Positions 48,382 through 55,542 of a DNA stretch of 55,542 bases are shown here, piece by piece (position 1 is the first letter of the stretch; each line of letters opens with the position of its first letter). Origin of the DNA: Gemmatimonadaceae bacterium (GTDB lineage: Bacteria; Gemmatimonadota; Gemmatimonadetes; Gemmatimonadales; Gemmatimonadaceae); NCBI GenBank assembly GCA_044224875.1, contig JBGAJQ010000033.1, forward strand, positions 1 through 55,542. Direction: 5' to 3'. The notes below the pieces were generated by a model, which did no database searches, was not told the DNA's origin, and was given only the letters and a program-made list of their open reading frames with translations. Position numbers and translations under genes: made by a program.

Positions 48382-51228
48382 CTACTGGATGTCCGTCTTC
48401 TTGGAATCCGAGTAGATGCCGTTGAAGAAGAACTTGAATGTCCCGTGCGGCTGCCCGCGGAACAGGATCTCCGGCCCGAACAGGAAGAGTTTGCCCTTCC
48501 CGACGTCGGCCTGAGCGACCGCCACTCCGCCTTCGAGGTAGTTCTGGCCCCACGCCCAACCGCTGCGCAGAGGCTTGGCACGGTCGTACCACGCAACGGG
48601 CCGCACCCCGCGGAGCGCCGCGTCAGGCTCCAGCCGGAAGGTCGGTGAGTCGTCGAAGAACACATCGACTTCCTTGTCCAGTCCGGCCGCAACTGGCATG
48701 GTGTTATCCACGGCCACGCGCATCACCGATCCCGGCACATAAAACTTCTCGCGAGGCAATTCACGTTCCTCGCCGGCGGGCGTGCGTTCGACCAGCTGAT
48801 CCTGGATCGGAAGTCCCAGATGCTGCGCCAGGTTGGTGGATGTCCCGATGGTGATGACGACGCCCCCTTCCTCCATGAACTGCTTGATCTGCGGGATGGT
48901 CTTTTCCGCCGTGACCCTGCCTAACGTGGGCCGCCACTCGGCGGGAACGGCATCGGCGCTCGGCTGGCGGTTGAAGAAATCCGTGAGCGCGGACAATTCG
49001 CCACCGCCCTGACGACGCACGGCGGGAATGGCCCCGGTCACGAAGACCAGCACATCGAACTTCTGGCGCAGGTTCCCGGCGTCCAACACTTGCGGGAAGA
49101 CCACTTCGTAGGGGAACTCGAACTGCTCCAGCAGCCACTTGGTATGACCGGCCGGCATGGAGCCGCCGTATTGGTCCCACACGCCGATGCGTTTGGTGCT
49201 GACCTTGGCCGCATCGCCGGCGCTGGCGGTGGTTCCCGCGATGTGGAGATCCAGATCGCGAGCGGCCTTCTCGACGATGCCCTTGCTGTCGTTCGTGGCC
49301 GCAATGTAGTAGCTGCCTTGTCCATAGGTGCGCCCGCCGGCCGTCATGGGCGCCGCAATGCGGTACACGCCGACCCCGGCCTTCAGGGCGCGGTTCACGG
49401 GAATCACGGCGTCGTTGGCCGCGGCATCCACCAGGTACCCCTTGGCCCCACCCGCATCGGCGATTGTCGCAGCTGGCGGTGAAGCGAGTCCGGGAATCTT
49501 CTCACACGGACAGTCGAACCCGTCCAGCAGGCGATCGAACTTGACACCCATCTGGAAGGCCAGCGTGTAGCCGGCGTTGTCGTACGGGGGCTTGGGCGGG
49601 CCGCCTGGATACGCAAAGTCGTTTGGGTGATCCTGCGGCTCGAACATGTCCAACACGTGCGGACGGAACGCCTGCGCGGTCTTCACCACGTACGATCCGG
49701 CCGGGTACTGCCTGCCCGCGGCCGTGAAGGCCTGCGTGGCGCGCATCACGGTCACGTTCACGCGGCGCAAGGTGTTCACGAATTTGGTGGCGGTCCCGAA
49801 GTCGGGTTGATCTGACGGAAGGATGTAGCCGCGCGGGTCGCGCTTGGCAGGGTCCCGGAGAGCATCGAAATACTTCGTCGGGACGGTGCCACCGAACGGA
49901 TTCAGCGCCGCGGAAAGACGGTCGCGGCCATTGCCGGTCGCCGAGCCCGACGCACGGTCCTTGTTGATCTGCGCTTGCAGGTCGGCGACCTCGGTCGGCG
50001 TGGTCGTCCAGGAGTCGCGGCTCCCCCGCTCGATCGAGTTCTTGCCCATGCGGTACAGGTTGAACAGGAAGTTCTCGCGGTTGCGACTGGCGATGTCGAA
50101 GACCGCGTAGTTGGCCGTCACCGAGTAGTCGATGGACTGACGGAAGTGCCACTTCTGCGGGGCGATCGGGTACGGCAGGTCTCCGCGTGGCAGCTGGTTG
50201 TTCACGACCAGCGGAATCTCGATCGGGGTCGGGTTCCCGATCGTTTCCGTCAGCAACCCGATCATGTTGTGGAAGTACACCGTCGTGCGTAGGCCACCAT
50301 TCCACCACGTGGAGTAGCTGGACCCCGAGCGCATCGTGACACCGGGCTTGCCCTCGGCCTCGAAGCGCGAATGCATGGCCGCCGCCACCAGGTCGATGCT
50401 GACGGGAACGAGGGGATCGAAGTTGTAGTTGAATGGATCGCGGAATGGCGGCGCAAACATCACCGTGCCCGCCGGTCCCGTCTGGTGGTGATTGTACACG
50501 ATCTGCGGGAACCACTCGTGGTACTGGATCCGCGCGATGTTCTGCGACTCCGGCTGGTTCAACATGTAGAAGTCACGATTATTGTCGTGACCGATGTATT
50601 TCTGGTAGAGCCGCGGAATGCTCATGTTCCGCTTGAGGGTGTCCTTCTCCTGCATGTACCAGCCGGAGACCAGCTCCATGCCATCCGGATTTGCGTGCAC
50701 GGCAAGGATGATGTTGTCGTGCAGGATGCGTTGGGTCTCTTCGTCGTTGCGGCTGATAAGCTGATACGACGTTTCGATCAACTGGTGGGCGCCCAGCACC
50801 TCGGTGGCGTGCAATCCGCCGTCGAACCAGACGATCGACTTTCCCTCCTTGGCGAGTGCCCGCGCCTCGGCGTCCGTGAGGTCCTCCGCCAAGGCCAACT
50901 TTCGTGAAATCTCCTTGTAGCGTTGCAGCTTTGCGAAGTTCTCCGGCGCCGTAATGATGGCCATCAGTTGCGGCCTCCCTTCGGCGGTCTTGCCGATCTC
51001 CTCGACCACCATCCGGTTCGACTCGGCGTCGATCTTCTTCCAGTACGCTTGGAACTGCGTGTAGGTCGCGAGGAAATAGTCGTCACCGATGTTGTGGCCG
51101 AAAAACTCCTTGGGTGACGTGATTTTCCCTTGAGCCGCCAGCGGAGCGGCGCTGAGCGTTAGCGCGATCGCGGCGGCTGGCAGTGACCGAATGGTGCGTG
51201 ACACCACTCGTGAGCGTAGGAAACGCAT
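48382..51228 (-). CDS. Secreted M14 zinc carboxypeptidase-family protein with C-terminal GATase-like domain
   Basis: IGKTAEGR, GLHATE (HxxE), NPDG, DNNRD, NHHQ; signal peptide. Confidence 0.93.
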   Translation of the reverse strand: MRFLRSRVVSRTIRSLPAAAIALTLSAAPLAAQGKITSPKEFFGHNIGDDYFLATYTQFQAYWKKIDAESNRMVVEEIGKTAEGRPQLMAIITAPENFAKLQRYKEISRKLALAEDLTDAEARALAKEGKSIVWFDGGLHATEVLGAHQLIETSYQLISRNDEETQRILHDNIILAVHANPDGMELVSGWYMQEKDTLKRNMSIPRLYQKYIGHDNNRDFYMLNQPESQNIARIQYHEWFPQIVYNHHQTGPAGTVMFAPPFRDPFNYNFDPLVPVSIDLVAAAMHSRFEAEGKPGVTMRSGSSYSTWWNGGLRTTVYFHNMIGLLTETIGNPTPIEIPLVVNNQLPRGDLPYPIAPQKWHFRQSIDYSVTANYAVFDIASRNRENFLFNLYRMGKNSIERGSRDSWTTTPTEVADLQAQINKDRASGSATGNGRDRLSAALNPFGGTVPTKYFDALRDPAKRDPRGYILPSDQPDFGTATKFVNTLRRVNVTVMRATQAFTAAGRQYPAGSYVVKTAQAFRPHVLDMFEPQDHPNDFAYPGGPPKPPYDNAGYTLAFQMGVKFDRLLDGFDCPCEKIPGLASPPAATIADAGGAKGYLVDAAANDAVIPVNRALKAGVGVYRIAAPMTAGGRTYGQGSYYIAATNDSKGIVEKAARDLDLHIAGTTASAGDAAKVSTKRIGVWDQYGGSMPAGHTKWLLEQFEFPYEVVFPQVLDAGNLRQKFDVLVFVTGAIPAVRRQGGGELSALTDFFNRQPSADAVPAEWRPTLGRVTAEKTIPQIKQFMEEGGVVITIGTSTNLAQHLGLPIQDQLVERTPAGEERELPREKFYVPGSVMRVAVDNTMPVAAGLDKEVDVFFDDSPTFRLEPDAALRGVRPVAWYDRAKPLRSGWAWGQNYLEGGVAVAQADVGKGKLFLFGPEILFRGQPHGTFKFFFNGIYSDSKKTDIQ

Positions 51229-51466
51229 GCGCGGACAACCTCGGGAGAGGGAGTGTGGGGGGAGGGGGAGTCAGCTGCGGCCAAAACTTGCGTCCAACGA
51301 CCACGCACGTCTACCGCCGCTTCCTGACGCCATAACGCAGGGCGCGGCGGCAGCGCTGTGCAGAAGGGCGCGACGCCCACGGTCACTTCGACGCGCGCGT
51401 ATAATTCCCCATCGTTGCCGCGCCGGCAGGCCTGGCGCACCGTCCTCCTGAACGAACATCGCAGCC

Positions 51467-52429
51467 TTGGATCGCATCGCGGCTTTCGCGCCACCCAGCA
51501 TAGGCAACTTTGGCCCCGGCCTGGACATCCTGGGGTGCGCGGTAGAGGGCGCGCCGGATCTCGTCATTGCGGAGGTCGAACGTGCGCCTGGGAATGCGCC
51601 GGTCGTCGTTCGGGACGCGGGTCATCCCGAGCTGCCGCAGGACGCCGACCGCCACGCATCCGCCATTGCCGCGCGAGCCGTGCTACGCGCCGCGTCCGCG
51701 TTAGGCGCCGAGGTCCCGCGGGTTGCGCTCACGTGCCGGAAGGGGCTCCCACTGGCGGCGGGACAGGGAGGGAGCGCGGCATCGGCGGTGGCGGGCGCGG
51801 TGGCCGTGAACGCCTTGCTGGGATCTCCACTTGGCGAGCGAGAGTTGCTCTCATGCGCGCTGGAGGCGGAAGCAGTGGTCGCGGGGCGACACCTGGACAA
51901 CCTGGCACCGGCCCTTCTTGGCGGAATCGTCCTGATTCGAAGCGTTGACCCGATCGACGTCGTGCGACTGCCTACGCCCGCGGACCTCCGCGTGGTGCTG
52001 GCGTACCCACGTCAGCGACTGCGTACCGCGGAGGCGCGCGCGGTCCTGCCTGCGTCGCTCCCACGCGGGTTGGCCCTGCACCAGGCGGCGCAGGTCGCGG
52101 CGATCGTGGCGGCCTTGTACGCCGACGACCTGGAATTGCTTGGCCGGGCCATCGACGACCAGATCGCCGAGCCGGCTCGCGCGCCACTCCTCCCCGGGTT
52201 CGTGGAGGCCAAGGCGGCGGCCCTGTCCGCTGGGGCGTTAGGCGCCTCGATCTCCGGGGCGGGACCCACGGCGTTTGCGCTGGCGGCTGGGGACGAGGCC
52301 GGGGAACGCATCGCGGCGGCGATGCGCGGTGCCTATCGCGCCGTGGGCATGGATGCGGATACATGGGTCACGCGACCAGGACCCGGAGCTCGCACGTGCG
52401 ACCCAGACACCGAGAATCTCGACACATGA
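51467..52429 (+). CDS. thrB: Homoserine kinase
   Basis: APPSIGNFGPGLDILG, KGLPLAAGQGGSAAS, HLDNLAPALLGG, ISGAGPT. Confidence 0.95.
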   Translation: MDRIAAFAPPSIGNFGPGLDILGCAVEGAPDLVIAEVERAPGNAPVVVRDAGHPELPQDADRHASAIAARAVLRAASALGAEVPRVALTCRKGLPLAAGQGGSAASAVAGAVAVNALLGSPLGERELLSCALEAEAVVAGRHLDNLAPALLGGIVLIRSVDPIDVVRLPTPADLRVVLAYPRQRLRTAEARAVLPASLPRGLALHQAAQVAAIVAALYADDLELLGRAIDDQIAEPARAPLLPGFVEAKAAALSAGALGASISGAGPTAFALAAGDEAGERIAAAMRGAYRAVGMDADTWVTRPGPGARTCDPDTENLDT

Positions 52430-53722
52430 CCCCCGTTTCGCGCTGGACCCTGCGGTGCGCATCCTGTGCACACACCATCCACCGGGATAGCCCCGCGCAC
52501 TCATGTCCTGCCTGCGGAAGTTTGCTCGAGGTCGTGCACGAAGGGTCGTGGCCGGCGGCCCACGACCTGGACCGCGCGTTCAACGGGCGTTTTGGCTATG
52601 GCGCGAATGCGGTGCGGTCCGGCGTGTGGCGTTACCGCGAGATGCTGTTTGACGTGGCGGATGCGCATATCGTCGCGAATTGCGAGGGCAACACCGCTCT
52701 CCTGGAGCACCCACGCGTGACGGCGTACGCCGGCGCGGCCCGCCTGTGGATGAAGCACGAAGGGATGAACCCGACGGGGTCCTTCAAGGATCGGGGAATG
52801 ACAGCCGGGCTCACGCGCGCCAAGGCGATTGGCGCCAGGGGCGTCGCCTGCGCCTCCACCGGCAACACGTCGTCCTCCCTCGCCGCCTATGCGGCGCGAG
52901 CGGGCATTCCGGCCTACGTGTTTGTGCCGAGCGGACAGGTGGCTCTGGGCAAGCTCACCCAAACGCTGGCATACGGCGCACGCACGATCCTGGTTCAGGG
53001 CGACTTCGATGCGTGCCTGGCGCTGGTGCGCGAGGTAGCGGACGAACTCGGCATCTACCTGCTCAACTCGGTGAACCCCTTCCGCATCGAGGGCCAGAAG
53101 ACGCTCGCGATTGAGCTACTGCATGAGCTTGGCTGGTCCGCCCCTGACTGGATTGCCTTGCCGGCCGGCAACCTGGGCAACACGGCCGCGTTGGGGAAAG
53201 CGTTTTTTGAGCTGCTGGAGGCAGGGTTGATTTCTCGCCTTCCTCGTGTGCTGGCTGTGCAAGCGAGTGGAGCCGCACCATTCGCGGCGTCATTCGAGGC
53301 GGGGTTTTCCACACGCCGTACAACGAAGGCAGATACGGTGGCGACGGCACAGCGATTGGGAATCCAGCCTCCTACCATCGCGCCGTTCAAGTCATTCAAC
53401 GCACCAACGGCGTCGTCCTCTGGTTTCAGATGAAGCCATTCTAGAGGCAAAGGCCGTAATCGACGCAGCGGGCATAGGTTGTGAACCAGCGAGTGCCGCC
53501 TCGGTGGCCGGTGTTCGCGCCGCGATTTCGCGCGGAATTGTCGCCCCTGATGAAAGCGTTGCAGCGGTTCTCACGGGGCACGTGCTCAAGGATCCGGGGT
53601 TGCTCACGTGGTACCACCGAGAGGCTGAGCCGGCCCCGCCACGAGCCAACCGCCCAGTGGAAGTCGCTCCATCCCGCGAGGCCATCGTGGCGCTGCTCAG
53701 CGATCGTGGCCCTGCTTCATGA
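52426..53722 (+). CDS. thrC: Threonine synthase, interrupted by two single-base frameshifts (about 53353 and 53421)
   Basis: ATGA-coupled to thrB; NPTGSFKDRG, CASTGNTS, PAGNLGN; after DTVATA a shifted frame reads IGNPASYHRAVQVIQRTNGVVL, then a second shift gives VSDEAILEAK..GCEPASAAS..LTGHVLKDP. Confidence 0.93.
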
Positions 53723-53810
53723 AATGGCCGGCTGACTCCACTTAAGGGTTGACCGGACGTAAAGTACCGGAGTCTGTAGGCTTGCGGTCACTCGTTAAGC
53801 ATTGGAGGTT

Positions 53811-53839
53811 TTGTCAAACCAGTGCCAGACCGTTAATAT
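53811..53839 (+). promoter_or_regulatory. Sigma70-like promoter TTGTCA-N17-TAATAT upstream of the OmpA-family gene
   Basis: Close to consensus with 17-bp spacing, about 100 nt before the ATG, which has an AGAGGA ribosome-binding site. Confidence 0.6.
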
Positions 53840-53940
53840 CACGTTGCTTCTGGCGTGAGGGATCGTGCCTTACACCCTAGGGTGCGCCTCGCGTTGCGAC
53901 GTGTCACATCCTCCCTCCGTTCCATCCACCAGAGGATTGC

Positions 53941-55524
53941 ATGCGAAAGACCCTCGTTTGCGCTGCAGCGCTCTTAGCCCTCGCGTCGACTCGTTCGGCG
54001 ATGGCGCAGCGCCCGCTCAGCTTCGAGCTCGGCGCGTTTGGGCAGTACACATCGTTTGACAAGGACCTGAACCTGGACAATGCCCCCACCATCGGTGGGC
54101 GGGCGGCGTTGTACCTCCTCAAGAACCTCTCAGCCGAAGGCGACATCCAGCTAGGCAAGACGGATTGGACGTCCGGCACCGGCACCAAGAGCCTGACGTT
54201 GCGACCCTACGCGGCGCGGTTGGTGTATGGCGTTCCTTTGAACGACAAGTGGAAGTTCCTGATCGGCGCGGGCTATCAGAACAACGTGTTCAAGGGTCGC
54301 ATCGAGAGCATTAACGGCTTCGTTGCGGGCAATGAGTACGAGGATGCCGTTACGGGGCTTCTCGGCTTGAAGTACTGCATGAATGACAAGTGGAGTCTGC
54401 GGTTTGACGTGCCGGTGGTCGACCATGATCCGTCGCCCAACTTCAACAGCACGTCAGGCACAACGGACGGCAAGGCGACGAACTACGGATTCCGGGTCGG
54501 CGTCGGCACCATGCTTCGCGGCGAGTGCGCCGGGGCGCCATTCGATTGGACCATCGGCGTGTCCCCTGCGTCCACCACGCACAAGCCTGGCGAGAAGCAG
54601 GCCTTGTCATGGAACGCATCGGACAACCGCTCCAAGCCGATCGCCCAGAACAAGATCAAGAACTACCGATGGACGTCCAGCAATCCGGCCGTCGCCACGG
54701 TTGACCAGAGCGGCAACATGGTGGCCGTCTCTCCGGGCAGCGCCGAGATCAAGCTGTGCGGCATGGTCTCGAAGATCGAGCGCTGCGCATCGCACAACGC
54801 GACGGTCCGCAAGCTGGATTGGCGCGCGACGATGACCGGCGGTCCGGCCACTCGCATGGTGGGTGAGAGCGTCACGCTGGCGGCCAGCGCCGTCGATGAA
54901 GATGGCAAGCCGGTCACGGGCAATTGGAGCTGGGCCTCGAGCGATCCAGCCATCGCCACGGTCGACGGGAATGGCAACGTGCGTTGTGTGGGCGCCGGCA
55001 CGGCGACCATCACCGCGACGCTCCGCAATGGCGACGGCGACACGCGGTCGGCTTCGACCACCGTCACTTGCAACGCCCCACCGCCACCGCCACCCAAGGC
55101 CGTCCTGGTTGTGCAGCTGACGGACGTGCACTTCGGGTTCAACCAGTCCAGCCTGTCCAAGGCCGGTCGCGATACGCTGAACTGGGTGATCAAGCAGCTG
55201 AGCGGCGATCCGGGTTCGAGCTGGATGGTGTCCGTGGAAGGTCACACGGATCCGTACGGCAGCGACGCCTACAACGACAAGCTCTCCGAACGCCGGGCCA
55301 CCACGGTCCTGAACTACCTCACGAAGCGTCCGGGCAAGATCGACGCCGGCCGCGTGAACAAGTCGTCGTTTGGTGAGCGTTGCCTGCGTCTGGACGACGA
55401 TCACGACAAGCCCTCGAAGTCCAAGAAGGACCACGGGGTGAACCGTCGCGTGGAAATCTGGAACCTCAATGGCACGCAGCCGCCCACTGGCTGCCGCCCA
55501 GAGTCGGACTACCGCAGTCGTTAA
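53941..55524 (+). CDS. OmpA-family outer-membrane protein: beta-barrel, two Ig-like (Big_2) domains, Pro linker, OmpA C-terminal domain
   Basis: Signal peptide; amphipathic beta strands; two WxSSxPxVATVDxxG repeats; APPPPPP; VHFGFNQSSL, VEGHTD..GSDAYNDKLSERRA, NRRVEI. Confidence 0.93.
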   Translation: MRKTLVCAAALLALASTRSAMAQRPLSFELGAFGQYTSFDKDLNLDNAPTIGGRAALYLLKNLSAEGDIQLGKTDWTSGTGTKSLTLRPYAARLVYGVPLNDKWKFLIGAGYQNNVFKGRIESINGFVAGNEYEDAVTGLLGLKYCMNDKWSLRFDVPVVDHDPSPNFNSTSGTTDGKATNYGFRVGVGTMLRGECAGAPFDWTIGVSPASTTHKPGEKQALSWNASDNRSKPIAQNKIKNYRWTSSNPAVATVDQSGNMVAVSPGSAEIKLCGMVSKIERCASHNATVRKLDWRATMTGGPATRMVGESVTLAASAVDEDGKPVTGNWSWASSDPAIATVDGNGNVRCVGAGTATITATLRNGDGDTRSASTTVTCNAPPPPPPKAVLVVQLTDVHFGFNQSSLSKAGRDTLNWVIKQLSGDPGSSWMVSVEGHTDPYGSDAYNDKLSERRATTVLNYLTKRPGKIDAGRVNKSSFGERCLRLDDDHDKPSKSKKDHGVNRRVEIWNLNGTQPPTGCRPESDYRSR

Positions 55525-55542
55525 GCAGTCCACGCACTCGCA

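Larger units (their letters stand above)
800..52243. repeat. Dispersed over-represented motif (C)GTTAGGC / GCCTAAC(G), about 38 copies
   Basis: Manual count: 20 as GTTAGGC and 18 as GCCTAAC on the + strand; positions listed in the first finding. Confidence 0.85.

Noticed and set aside
51229..51466. Thr attenuator or riboswitch upstream of thrB
   Set aside because: Only a TATAAT at 51400-51405; no Thr-rich leader peptide, terminator or aptamer pattern seen.
800..52243. TTA codons as a bldA-like translational switch, or TTAGGC as a telomere-type repeat
   Set aside because: The motif also occurs in non-TTA registers, stop codons and intergenic DNA, and never in tandem arrays.
17695..52243. Treating every GTTAGGC as an integron attC site
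   Set aside because: Most lie inside housekeeping genes with no paired inverse site or hairpin.

Overview
GC-rich (roughly 65-67% by eye) bacterial chromosomal segment. Gene content (many secreted hydrolases, Ser/Thr kinase, ECF sigma/zinc anti-sigma/DUF4097 operon, RCC1 and Ig-repeat proteins) suggests Gemmatimonadota, which is an inference. The first ~10 kb is an accessory, all-minus-strand region: a truncated HAF-repeat gene, a DUF4160/DUF2442 pair with cassette-like ends, a large unclassified glycoside-hydrolase-like protein, a subtilisin-RCC1 fusion and a decayed IS481-like transposase. The rest is catabolic and housekeeping: paaABCD, acyl-CoA dehydrogenase, enoyl-CoA hydratase, hppD-hmgA, acetoacetate-CoA ligase, peptidases S9/M28/M14, a PQQ dehydrogenase, thrB-thrC and an OmpA-family protein. 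The most striking signal is not a gene. The non-palindromic motif (C)GTTAGGC occurs about 38 times by manual count (32 with the 5' C), split evenly between strands. It sits mostly inside genes, in three different codon registers and in five stop codons, often using rare TTA/CTA codons, so it behaves like a DNA-level signature such as an uptake-sequence or HIP1-like motif. Four single-base frameshifts (two in thrC) may be assembly errors. No rRNA, tRNA or CRISPR array was seen.
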